Source: Priapulus caudatus (taxonomy: Eukaryota). From it: 33,987 nt of DNA. The notes under the pieces are model-generated. The model ran no database searches and was not told where the DNA came from. It was given only the letters and a program-made list of their open reading frames with translations. The stretch is taken from assembly GCF_000485595.1 (NCBI RefSeq), contig NW_014577067.1, positions 836,321 through 870,307 of the forward strand, given 5' to 3'. Shown here piece by piece: positions 1-12,252 of this stretch. The position numbers were made by a program, and so were the translations under genes. Numbering within the stretch: position 1 is the stretch's first letter; every line of letters begins with the position of its first letter.

Positions 1-684
1 CACTGCTGGTGACATTACAAACAAGACTTGAAATCGGTTGTTGATATGTATCAACGTATCATTTACGTGCCGTAAATGTCATCCAGGAGTCAAGCGATGA
101 CGTAAACATTTGTGCGGCCCGTATGTTTTGGACGCCAGATGAAATGGAGGTGTCAGCGGTGTAAACACCGCCACGGACTAAACATGGAAATGGAGTAAAA
201 CACACGTACTAATCACGAACGCACGTGGACAGCCCTGACGAAAAGTTCCCTATCACGAGCGTCCATGTTTACGAAATCACTGATGATAGCATTATGTACG
301 GCCGAGCATGCGTGCGAAAATGTCCGGTGCACTATAAATCTGTATCACACCCGCTTCGCTGGCAGCGGTTTAAAACTGTAAACAACTGATTTTTGGACTG
401 CGGATTTCAATTTGGCATTTCTTAGTAACCAGCAGTGACATTGGACAAACTAATACGCGTTTGGATGTAAGGTTATGTATTTGTTAACTGCACAAGGTGC
501 CAGTTACTCTAGCATTCGTCAACATTACATAAGCAATAGGCTTTTGATGTCATTTGGCTTTTTCGCAGTATATATACAGAAATGGCCGTTTTCATCGTAG
601 TTCGTTCCGCGTAAAAAAATTTCGACTAAAAAAGGCATTCATCCACTAATATCTCTATTCCGCGGGCTCTACCCCATGCACACA

Positions 685-790
685 GCTTCTCTCACACTTT
701 CTCTCACCTCTTTCCTTCCTCTCCCCATCTTTCTCCTTTCCCTTTTTTCCGTCCCCGTCCCCCTCCCTCTCCCCATCTCTCCCTCTTTTC
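685..790. repeat. CT-rich polypyrimidine low-complexity tract
   Basis: Almost exclusively C/T on the + strand (ttctctcacactttctctcacctctttccttcctctccccatc...). Confidence 0.85.
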
Positions 791-1199
791 GTGGACACTC
801 TTTCGTTCTAGTAGGCGAGCAGGAAGTGGTGTGAACGCGATAATACCTTCGATTTGGTGGTGGTCGTTTCCATCATCACTTACGGTAGCAAGCGGTGGAA
901 TACCCGTGTGTTAGACTACGTGTCAACAGAACGCTGCGTATACACAGCCAACGCGGTTGTCGTTAGGAGCGAATGAAGATCGATGGGGGCGAAGGAAAAT
1001 TCAATACGCGGCGAGCACGCCCTGTTTTACTAAATTTCCGTGGATTTCTCGCAGGTGTGTCTGGCGGTGACCGCATTGCTGTATATGTAGTAGCATTGAC
1101 GGCAGTGCCACGCGATATCACACAGGAGCGATGGAGCTTGTTATCTATCTATTAAGTGCGCCTGGCCAGTTCGCTGACATCTTCATGCCGTGTAAATCT

Positions 1200-1514
1200 C
1201 AGAGGAGAAGTTGATTAAATGGTGCGCAAGAAAGCAGAAATGCCTCAAGAGAGACAGGGGTATAGAATGAAAGAGATATAGAAAAGGGAGAGAGAAAGAG
1301 AAAGAGGGGGTTAGAAAGATAGAAGATGGGCGAAAGAGAGAAAGGAGAAAGAGGGAGAAGGATATAGAAAAAAAGATAGAATGAGAGAGAGAGAGAATTA
1401 GAGAGAGAGGGTGCGTGCGCGCGAGAGAGAATACGAGGCAAAGAGAATGAGAGGGGAGAAAGGGCGAGATGGGGCGGGAGAGAAAGCGTGAAGGAGCGAG
1501 CGAGAGAGAGAAGG

Positions 1515-1557
<43 letters not shown>
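1200..1557. repeat. GA-rich polypurine tract ending in a perfect (GA)n microsatellite
   Basis: Degenerate GA repeats from about 1200, with a perfect run at about 1517-1556. The S/L-rich ORFs at 1183-1573 are translations of it. Confidence 0.92.
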
Positions 1558-1560
<3 letters not shown>

Positions 1561-2580
1561 ACACAACCAACAATCATTCTACCTATTTTAAATTAAAACA
1601 AAATTGAAAAGTTTTGCTCTAGATGAAAATGTTACCGAATAGGACGTTACCTATTATTCCTAACTGATAGGGTGGGAAGGGCAGGAACAGCAACCATCAG
1701 GGGCCTATCGCGCCACTTGCTCTTAAACTACTTGATCGAAAGTCGGCCAGGATAGAATTTACAAAGAAAGTCATTAGATTTAAGGCTGTATAACATGTCG
1801 CAGTGGTTTCATCAGAAAAACAATTTTAGTTAAATTGTTTAGTTTTGTTAAATTTTAATTAAGATTCATTCGGTAATCCGGAATTGCCTCTGTCGTGTTT
1901 CCTGGTCTAGAAAAGTTACGCTTCCTTTCCATTACACAAATAACTCCCCCACGGTAATTGGAACTAGAATAATACGGTCGAAGGCTGGCTCTTTTCACGA
2001 GTATTATATTTGCTAATGGGCACCGGGTCAATAAATTGCTTCGCCGACGAACTTTCTCAATGCTTTAATATGCCGCAGCAGATATGATTGATTCTGGGAT
2101 ATTATCTGTCCCTAGTTGACTCTCCACGGCAGTGCATCCATATTCAACCCGACTAGTCATGCATCGTCACAATGGGAGAAAAACATTCGCTTTTACGTCG
2201 GTGCTTTGAAGTCGAGATGCGACGAATGTGAAATTACGTGCACGGCGTGTAGAACACGTTTCGTGATGGGACCAGACCCTGACCACGGCTTCTGGCGTGA
2301 TACTCTCTTACCTTAGTGATTTTTCTGGTCATTAAGTATTGCGTGACGTTCTCGGCGGATTACAACAGGCGGCGGAAGCGTATAAAGAACACGGCGGGCA
2401 TCCCCGGAGCGTGCGATTAATGGCAGGTACATGATTTGATATGTGGGAAAGCTCGCGTAATGCTCATGTTGCGGATTTATTCACCAAACAGACGCGCTGT
2501 AAGCCTTCGCTGTTTTAATTATTCACTGACATAGGCTTTCCCCTGAGCCTAATTAAACGTGTCAATAATATTATGTAGAA

Positions 2581-2697
2581 ACACACACACATGCGCGTAC
2601 GCACAACGACGCGCGCGCACGTACGCACACACGCACTCACACAAACACAAACACAAACACACATACGCACGCACACAACTCTCATACACATACTCAT

Positions 2698-2793
<96 letters not shown>
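2581..2793. repeat. (CA)n microsatellite with degenerate 5' flank
   Basis: Perfect CA run at 2699-2793 preceded by an ACAC/ACGC mosaic. Confidence 0.97.
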
Positions 2794-2795
<2 letters not shown>

Positions 2796-3438
2796 CTGGA
2801 TATATATCCGCCAGTGAAATACACATATTTATATTTGTTTTTCCGCCATATGTTCAAATATAGGTCACGAGCATGGCGTCTTTAATACACTATACGAATG
2901 GCTCGCAATTGATTTTATAATTATTTAAAATCACAGATTCAAGGGCGGACGTACGCAATCTTGGCGGCAATTTTAAAATTATTCCGCGCGTCCCTGACGG
3001 CAGGTGCGACACGTGATCCTCAAGCTATTAATAATCACGGCCCCAGCCCCCATAATACACACGCGCCGCTTCCCACCGCCCCACAATCCCCAGCCAACCC
3101 ACGCCCGTCCGCCTTACGTGCATCCACCCCTTATTGGAAAGAATAACGAATCCCCTCACACGTACATTATCATTCACCAACGTCAATACGCCCCGACCTA
3201 TTCCACCACCTTCGATTAAGACCCAACAACGCCTTCCCCACCGCCATCCACAAGAGTACCTCCACCCACAAGCCTCCTCCTGTGTCCTCCACTGTAGCCA
3301 GCCCCCCCACGCCCTCCACACGCACACACCACAAATGGCGCTCTTAGGGCAGACCCCTCCTCCCCTTGTGGCCACCCAAAATGGCAATAAACAATCACGA
3401 ACGTAATACTATTTCAAGTCGCGTGCCCGCGCTGACAG

Positions 3439-3551
3439 ATGTGTGTGTGTGGTGTGTGTGTGTGTGTGTGTGTGGTGTGTGTGTGTGTAATTTGTGTGTA
3501 TGTGTGTGTGTGTGGTGTGTGTGTGTGGTGTGTGTGTGTGTGTGTGTAGTA

Positions 3552-3608
<57 letters not shown>
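3439..3608. repeat. Interrupted (GT)n microsatellite
   Basis: GT dinucleotide run with small indels, abutting the minisatellite. Confidence 0.95.
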
Positions 3609-3609
<1 letters not shown>

Positions 3610-6600
3610 TTTGGATGGATGGGCGGGTGCGGCCGCACATATGGAAGGGTGGGTGGCGCGCCGCGAGCTTGGGTGGGTGGAGATGGAAGGGTGGGTGCGG
3701 CGCACGCGGTTGTGGGTGTAATGGAAGGGTGGGTGGCGCGCACGCGGTGGGTGAATGTATGTATTAGACGGGTGCGGCGCCACGTTGGTGGGGTGTGATG
3801 TATGTCCAGGCGGGGTGCGCGGCTCGCCGCGCGGCTGGGTGGGTGTATGTACATGCGGGTTACGCGCACGTGGTGGGTGGAAATGTGATGTACAGGCGCG
3901 GGGTGGCGCGCACCGTGGGTGGTGGATGTAATGTAACAGGCGGGTACGCGCACGCGGGGGTGGGATGTATGTACGAGGCGGTGGCGCGCACGTGGGTGGG
4001 TGGATGTTGTACAGGTCGGGTGTGCGCGCAACGTGCGGGTGGCGGGTGTAATGTACAGGCGGGTGCGCGCACTGTGGTGGGTTGGATGTGATGTAGCAGG
4101 CGGGTGCGCGCACGTGGTGGGTGGATTGTAATGGTATAGAGCGGGTGCGCGCACGTGGGTGGGTGGGGGTTGACAGGCCGGGCGCGCGACGGTGCGGTGG
4201 GCTGTATGTACAGGCGGGTGCGCGCCACGTCGGGTGGGTTGTTATTACCAAGCGCGGGTGCGTCGCACCGGCGTGGGTGGATGTATGTACAGGCGGGTTG
4301 GCCGCGCACGTGGGTGGGTGGATGTATGTAACAGGCGGGTGCGCGCACAGGCGTGGGTGGGTGTATGTTACAGGCGGGTGGCGCGCGACGTGGGTGGTGG
4401 GTTGTAATGTACAGGCGGGTGCGCGTGCACCGCGGGTGGGTGGGTGAATGTACAGGGGTGATCCACAGGGCGGTGGTGGATATTCAGCGGTCGCAACGTG
4501 GGTGGGTGGGTTGTATGTACAGGCCGGTGCGCGCACGCGGGGTGGGTGATGTATGTACAGGCCGGGTGCGCGCAACGGCCGGTGGGTGGATGTATGTTAC
4601 AAGGCGGGTGCGCGCACGTGGGTGGGTGGGTGTAATGTAACACGGCGGGTTGCGCGCCACGCGGTGGGTGTCATGTATATCGGGGGGGGTGCCGCGCACC
4701 GTGGGTGGGTGTATGTATGTACAGGCGGGCTGCGCGCACAGCGGGGTGGGTGGTGTTGTTACAGGCGGGTGCGTGGCACGCGCGGGTGGATGGTAATGTA
4801 CAGGCTGGGTGCGCGCACGTGGGTGGTGTATGTACAAGGCGGGTGCGCGCCAACGCGGTGGGTGTCATGTATGTACCAGCGGGTGCGCGCACGCGGGTGG
4901 TGGATGTATGTACAGAGCCGGGGTGGCGCCGCGACGCGGCACGGTGGGTGGATGTATGTATCAGGCGGGTGCGTGCAGACGTGGGGTGGGGTGGGTGTAT
5001 GTAAGGCGGGTGCGCGCGACGCGGTGGTGATGTGATTGTACAGGCGGGTGCGCGCACGCGGGTAGGTGATGTATGTACGCGGGTGCGCGCACGCGCGGTG
5101 GTGGATGTTATGTACAGGCGGGTGCGCGCACCGCCGGGTGGTGGTGTATGTAGCAGGCGGGTGTGCGGTGCCACGTGGGTGGCTGGGTTATGTACAGGCG
5201 GGTGGCCGCGCGACGCGGGTTGGATGTATGTACAGGCGGGTGCGTCCACGCGGGTGGGTGGATGTATGTACGGCGGGTGCGCGCACGTGGGTGGGTGGTT
5301 GTGTAATGTACATGCGGGTGCGCGCCACGCGGGTGGGTGGATGTATGTACAGGGCGGGTCGCGCGCAGCGCGATGGGTGGGTGGGGTGTACAGGCGGGTA
5401 CGCGCACGTGGGTGGTGGTGTATGTAACAGGCGGGTGCGCGCAGCGGCGGTGGAGGGGGCGTGGGCGGGTGGGTATGTACAGGCGGGTGCGCGCACGTGG
5501 CGGCGGGTGTATGTACAGGCCGGGTAACGCCGCAGTGTGGGTGGATGTATGTAACAGGCGGGTGCGGCGCACGTGGTGGGTGGGTGGGTATGTACATGCG
5601 GGTGCGCGCACCGCGGGTGGGTGGATGGTATGTAAGGCGGGTGTGCGCGCAGGCGATGGGTTGGGTGGGTGTAGACAGAGGCGGGTACGCTGCAACGTGG
5701 GTGGGTGGATGTATCGTACAGGCGGTGGTGCGCGCACGCGGTGGGTGGACCTGTAAGTATACAGGCGGGTGCGCGCACGCGGGTGGGTGGGTGTATGTAC
5801 AGGCGGTGCGCGCACAGGGGGCCGGGGGGGGGGGGGGAAAATGGGTGGGTGGTGTGGTACAGGCGGTAGCGCGACGTGGGGGTGGGTTGGATGTTAATGT
5901 AGCAGGCGGGTGCGCGCGACGCGGTGGGTGGGTGTATGTACAGGCGCGGGGGTGCGCCGCAACGCGGTGGGTGGATGTATGTACAGGCGGGTGCGTGCAC
6001 GTGGGTGGGCGCGGTGTATGTACAGGACGGGTGCGCGCACGTGGGCGGGAGGCGGTGTATGTCACAAGGCGGGTAGCGCCGCACGTGGGTGGTTGGATGT
6101 TATGTACAAGGCGGGTTGCGCGCACGCGGGGTGCTGAGCCTGTACAGCCGGGTGCGCGCAGCCGGTGGGTGGATGTATGTACAGGGCGGGTGCGCGCACG
6201 CTGGGGTGCGGGTGGGGTGTAATGATCCAGGCGGGTGTGCGCGCGACGGGGCGGGGGGGGGGGGTGGGTGGATTGTATAATGTACAGGGCGGTGCGTGCT
6301 ACGTGGGTGGGCGGGTGTATGTACAGGCGGGTGCGCGCCACGTGGGCGGGCGGGTGTAATGTACTATGGCCGGGTACGCGCACGTGGGTGGTGGATGTAT
6401 GTACAGGCGGGTGCGCGCACGCGGGTGGGTGGCGATGTACAGGCGGGTGCGCCAGCGAGTGGGTGGGGGGGGTTTGGGTGTGTATGTACAAGGCCGGTGC
6501 GCGCACGTGGTGGGTGATGTATGTAGCAGGCGAGTGCGCGCACGTGGGTGGGTGTATTGTAACAGGCGGGTGCCGCGCACGTGTGGTGGGTGGGTGTTGT

Positions 6601-7715
6601 ATAGAAAAGGCGGGTTGCGCCGCAGCCGGTGGTGGGTGGTGTATGTAACAGGCGGGTGCGCGCACGTGGGTGGGTGGTGTATGTACAGGCGGGTCGCGCA
6701 GCGGGGGGGGGGTAAGCACGCGTGGGACCTGGGTGTATGTACAGGCGGTGCGCGCACGTGGTGGGGTGTATGTACAGGCGGGTGCGCGCACGTGGGTGGC
6801 GTGATGTACCGGTGGCACTGGGTAGACAGGCGGGTGCTTCGCACGCTTGGGTGGGTGGGTGTATGTACAGCGGGTGCGCCGCACGTGGGTGGGTGTAAAA
6901 TGTACAGGCGGGTGCGCGCACGAGTGGGGTGGGTGGGGTGTATGTACAGGCGGGTTTGCGCGCACGTGGGTGGGTGGGGTGTAATGTACGAGGCCGGGTG
7001 CGCGCACGCTGGGTGGATGGGGTGTAATGTACAGGCGGGTGCGCGCACGTGGTGGGGTGGGTGTATGTCAGCGCGAGGGGCGCGCCGCACGTGTGGTGGG
7101 TGGATGTATGTAGCAGGCGGGTGTGCCGTGCACGTGAGTGGGTGGGTGGATGTATGTAATCAGGGGGTGCGCGCACGTGGGTGGGCGGTGTACTGTACAG
7201 GCGGGTGGGCGTGCACCGTGGTGGGTGGGTTGTATGTACAGGCGGTGCGTGACGTGGGTGGTCGGATGTTNNNNNNNNNNCACAGGCGGGTGCGCGCACG
7301 TGGGTGGGTGGATGTATGTACAGGCGGGTGCGCGCACGTGGGTGGGTGGATGTATGTACAGGCGGGTGCGCGCACGTGGGTGGGTGGATGTATGTACAGG
7401 CGGGTACGCGCACGCGGGTGGGTGGATGTATGTACAGGCGGGTGCGCGCACGCGGGTGGGTGGATGTATGTACAGGCGGGTGCGCGCACGCGGGTGGGTG
7501 GATGTATGTACAGGCGGGTGCGCGCACGCGGGTGGGTGTATGTATGTACAGGCGGGTGCGCGCACGCGGGTGGGTGGATGTATGTACAGGCGGGTGCGCG
7601 CCCGCGGGTGGGTGTATGTACAGGCGGGTGCGCGCACGCGGGTGGGTGTATGTATGTACAAGAGGGTGCGCGCCCGCAATGTACATGCGGGTGCGCGCAC
7701 GCGGGTGGGTGGATG
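3610..7715 (+). repeat. G-rich 38-bp minisatellite, consensus CAGGCGGGTGCGCGCACGYGGGTGGGTGGATGTATGTA, roughly 100+ copies
   Basis: Exact 38-nt period right of the gap (unit starts at 7283, 7321, 7359). The same unit, with frequent 1-2 nt indels, fills 3610-7270. True length is unknown because of the internal gap. Confidence 0.97.
7271..7280. other. Assembly gap (10 N) inside the minisatellite
   Basis: Run of n. Confidence 0.99.
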
Positions 7716-8802
7716 GTTCGCGGAGAATCGAACATGCACTGCCCCGCTTAGCAAGCCGACATTTGCAGGCGGCGATCGAGAGCGCGCCCACGGATCGATT
7801 AAAGCATTTGCATGGCTCGCTTGAAAAAGAACCCCTAGCAGCGCCGCGTAGCAGTCAGCGAGCACAGCCCGCTAGACGCTAGCAACAACGAAATCATTCC
7901 CTCGAGCTCTGTCTCTGTGTGCCGAACACCGGGCCGCGTGCGCAGATGCACGATGCGCTCGGCGCCCGGTCGGCGGATGAGTAAAAAAAAAAACTCAACG
8001 GGAATTCGACAAACGCGGCCGACAGCAGCGGAATATCAATGTCACGTGATTCCCTCAGGCCCGACGGGAAGGATGTTCGGCCTGCAGGTGGCGCGCAGGT
8101 GGCGATGAAAGCTGGAAATAGACGGGAAATAACTCATAGCAAAAAATGGAAAAGTTCCAAACGCCTAAAGCGGCTGTGCGGCGAGGTGGGGTGCGGGGAT
8201 CCTAAATTGAAACATGGCGACGTATTAAAAAAGGGCCGCCGACGCTAAAACATTTCAATGGTCCTATTGATCAATGTCAGTGTTGCGAGGGAAAAATAGT
8301 CGAGCGGAAAGAGACGGAGCGAATCGATACACCGGGTCGCTGTGATACTTTTCAATCAGCACATTGTTCTGTTTGCTGGCGCCGCACGCTACGTACGAAT
8401 TATTATGTAAATGGCCCCTCCCCATTTATTTTCGGGCGTCCGGAAAGAAAATTGCCAACACTGTGTCCGAGGATCACAACGACCGCAATTAGACGCAATA
8501 CTATGATCACGTATTCGCGTCATTTGTGATGGCAAAAAGACAAATTAATAGAACAAAATAAGGACAAGGTACGACAGTTTGCTTGCTGTGCAGCATGTTT
8601 TGCTAATAACTTTTATCCAATATGACTTCAAGTAATAGCGTATCAAAAGTCCATAATAAAATATTCAGAAAAATAGAGTCCATTTTCTATTACAACATAT
8701 TGAGTTCGAACGAATTTTTCACATTGGATTTCATTACCGATATAAAATGATGGGCGACAGCCAATGTATTTTGATGCGTGGAAATATCACAGGATGATCT
8801 AA

Positions 8803-8944
8803 AGCCCGGCGCACGCGTGAGTTATTTTACTCAAGTAAAATGACGCATGAGTCAAATTACTCAACGAAAATCCGCCGCACACGTGAGTAAAATGACTCAT
8901 GCGTCATTTTACTTGAATAAAATAACTCACGTGTGCGCCGGGCT
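8803..8944. mobile_element. PIF/Harbinger-type (Tourist-like) MITE, 142 bp
   Basis: 52-bp TIRs at 8803-8854 and 8893-8944 with 2 mismatches (AGCCCGGCGCAC...). TAA TSD at 8800-8802 and 8945-8947. A TWA TSD is characteristic of PIF/Harbinger. Confidence 0.9.
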
Positions 8945-10012
8945 TAATAGTGATCACACATCCAACCTTGTTATCTGCGCTAGACACTACAACCGCTACA
9001 GGGCTATCTGTTGAACCCATCCTCTTCAAACGTGAAGCCTTGCATTCTATACAAATACCACTGCCCGAAGAGATGCCATGACCTCCATGACCTCTGCATC
9101 CACGCGTGACCTTTGATGAAGCTGACGCTTAAAATAAAACTCGCACATAACTGTTTGAACGCTTTCTGTATATATGCATATGCTGTCGGTTTGTAGTGCA
9201 TATATGCGTTGCAATTCCAGCATTGATGCGTTTACGATTCCCATCAGTATAGCTGGTAACTGAAATACGGGAGCTTGAAAGACTGCGCGTGCATATATGA
9301 AGCAGCTTTAACACATTGAATTTCGTGGCTAGACTGTGTTCTGTCCCTATGTAAATGAATCTTTCACAAGCTGTTCTTATAACGGCTAAACTATATAATG
9401 AAGAGTCCACTAAAGCTCTCAATGAAACATAAACACATGTGCTCTTGAGCTTTAAGTGTTATATGTGCTCTAAAACTGTATGCGCTCTTTATAAAACAAA
9501 TAGTGCTGTCTCGCGTGCGCTTGATAAACACACATATCTCCTATGTATGTTTATAAACATGTATGTCTTTATTTCACACGAATGTCGACAGTTGACAATA
9601 ACCCGTTCTATGTATAGCTGACTGAGATTTTCGCGGGCCGACTGGGCCGTTGGATGTTTTTGTTGTTGCTGGCTGTATGCGGTCGTTGGTTGTTACCTTT
9701 TAACCCCATAAAGACTAATCTCCAATGTCAAAGGGAGAATATCGAAGAATGACGAAGTCAAGATTGATCGAATCGATGGAACGATACAATTGATGAACAA
9801 CATACGTGTTGTGAAAGAGAAGAAGGAAGAGAGTTATGATATGAAACGGCAGAAACAAAAACAAAACAAAAATTGGAATGGATTTTTTGGAGACGGCACA
9901 TGGTGTTTCCCGGTTCCCTGCTAATTAAAATTATCTACTCCTACGTCCCTCAAATAACCGCATGCCCCCTCCCCGTGCTCGTCGCTGGCTGACGAGTACG
10001 CCCACAAAACGG

Positions 10013-10018
10013 GCGCGC

Positions 10019-10082
<64 letters not shown>

Positions 10083-10092
10083 GTGTGTGTGT
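10013..10092. repeat. Compound (GC)n-(GT)n microsatellite with Z-DNA potential
   Basis: About 10 GC dinucleotides followed directly by a GT run. Confidence 0.93.
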
Positions 10093-10322
10093 GGTCGCTG
10101 GTGTGGTGTGTGTGAGGGGGGGGGGGTCATCTTATATGTCACGCTCCAAATGCGCGGGATCCTGCTGCTTATGCCGTATCGTCATTTCACAGTAATGTCT
10201 TTTCACATTTCCACATCGCGTACGGCGTAATGATGTTTGCTGCGAGTTCTTAGTCGTGTGTATCGTAGTTATGTATATCATTGCACCCACATCGATGCCG
10301 TCTTTCCAACGTCGCGGCATAT

Positions 10323-10350
10323 TATATATATATATATATATATAATAGTG

Positions 10351-10427
<77 letters not shown>

Positions 10428-10506
10428 AGTACATACGTGCGCGCGTGAATGCATGTACTTGCCAACCTGCCTGTGTATAGTATGCATGCGTGCGTGCGTG
10501 CGTGCC

Positions 10507-10541
<35 letters not shown>

Positions 10542-10595
10542 CTGCCTGCGTGCCTGCATGCGTGCGTGCATAAGTGCATGCGTGCGTGCGTGCGT
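10323..10595. repeat. Compound microsatellite (TA)n + (GT)n + (GCGT)n
   Basis: TA at 10323-10344, GT at about 10353-10422, TGCG tetramer at about 10485-10595. Confidence 0.93.
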
Positions 10596-12252
10596 CTGTG
10601 ATTTCTAACACGGACAAACACACACCGCCGTGATCTACTCCGAGCGTGTAACTCGTCCGCGGGCATCTATCACGGGAAAACATGATCCAGGGTTCCGATC
10701 AGAGAGATTTCATTTACGACATCGTGGGTTTTGTCTGCAGCGTTACCGCACGATTTCATCCACCCGCTCGTATTTCCCTGTGATAACAAAGTCGCCAGCA
10801 TTCGTCGCCGGCAGCGGCGACAGAACGAAGGAAGACCTTCGATTTCCTCAATTTCGTGATTAGAGGATTCCTCTTCCGCTCGACTTCCTCTGCGACGAAA
10901 TGCCGACGCGACGAGACATTAGCGTCGCTGGTGTGTTTATCCGAAGGGTTATTGTTATACGGAAATCAGCACCGAATTCGCATCATTGTGCAGCGCCGCC
11001 ATGCACAATAAAATGTTTTCGATCATTCACTCGCGAGGAGATTTATCAAGCGGGTTGTCGTCGCATCGGCCGAGGAATTGAAGTCGATAAGCATGCGCGC
11101 GTGGATTTGCGAGGACTATAGGAGCTCACGTTAATGAGATGAGATGCTTTGCGTGACAATGCTATAATATATCGCGCATGCTAACGAAACGCACGGTACG
11201 GATATCTTTGCGTGAGATGAAATAATTTTTCTCCAACTGAAGCCGATGGTAACGCTATTCCTCACTGTTGGTAACGAGTGAATTTTTTTGTGGAGCGTTG
11301 CAATTGTAACAGAGAGAGTTTTAAGCCGCCTCCAATTACCTTGATTGCTTTCGTATCCCGGCGCATGTAGAAATAGGCAGTGCTATTTTGCGCGCAGACT
11401 AACGGGATTATGTTAATTCGTGATTGATAGAGCTGGGTAATATGCAGACATATTGCACTTGTGATCACAATCCATGGAGAGTAGCTTCAAGCTGATATAT
11501 CCTAATATGACCAGGTAGGTCTCTACACACGCTAATAGCATGACGCTACCACGCTGTCTATCAGACAACATTGTTCTCACCAATTGAACTACAAACGTTT
11601 CCACACGTAACAAGAGTACAAAGTACTTTAATAAACTATTCATAAAAAAAGTGCTTACGGAAGTAGTTAATGGAGGTACTTAAGGAAACTATTCAGGGAA
11701 AGATTTTAGGGAAACTACTTAGAGAAAGTAACTCACGCGGAAAAAGCATAAAGTAGAAGAACGAATGTTTCTGGCATTATAGTCTCGGCTGTAAAATTTT
11801 CTACCTTTATTATGCATGCATAGCGAAACCCTTTCACGACTGCCGTAGTTTTCACTCGTTTGATTAACGACGGACAGCTCGAACAATATAATCTAATAGC
11901 TACACACTCACACAGACGCCCACCTGATCGATACTAGTACTGATTGATTTTCTGTGTTAGCCCCCCCCAAATCATATCACGATTTGTAATATCCGATTTT
12001 AAACTTCTTCTCCCGCCCTATTCGTGACTTATTGTCGTCAGCGTTCAACGAATTGAGTCACCGGGTACGTACGCGGTATACTTTACGGCTATTTCGGGTT
12101 GGTCGTATATTTGCTTTAACGCATGATGATACTTAAAGAAGCTCGAAATATCTGTGTATCCGACCTCGAGTCAAACGGCCGAGGCTGCCTGAGAAACGGT
12201 TGGATCCGTGAAATCACATGTTGGGTGGTTTATGCAGGGTTACATTTGTTTA

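Noticed and set aside
685..1557. CT-rich and GA-rich tracts as TIRs of one element
   Set aside because: The complementarity is compositional only, with no specific alignment or TSD.
3610..7715. CRISPR array (38-bp repeat with an internal palindrome)
   Set aside because: Units are head-to-tail with no unique spacers, there are no cas genes and the context is eukaryotic.
3366..7882. Long ORFs up to 778 aa rich in H/P/T/R or G/V/C/W
   Set aside because: They are translations of a stop-poor 38-bp repeat. The period is not a multiple of 3 and frames are open on both strands.
9004..9422. Overlapping minus-strand ORFs as a gene
   Set aside because: They are short, in different frames and carry no recognisable domain. 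ORFs of this length are expected by chance.
9893..9915. Reverse-strand resemblance to the 5S rRNA 3' end
   Set aside because: Only about 15 of 21 positions match and the alignment does not extend.
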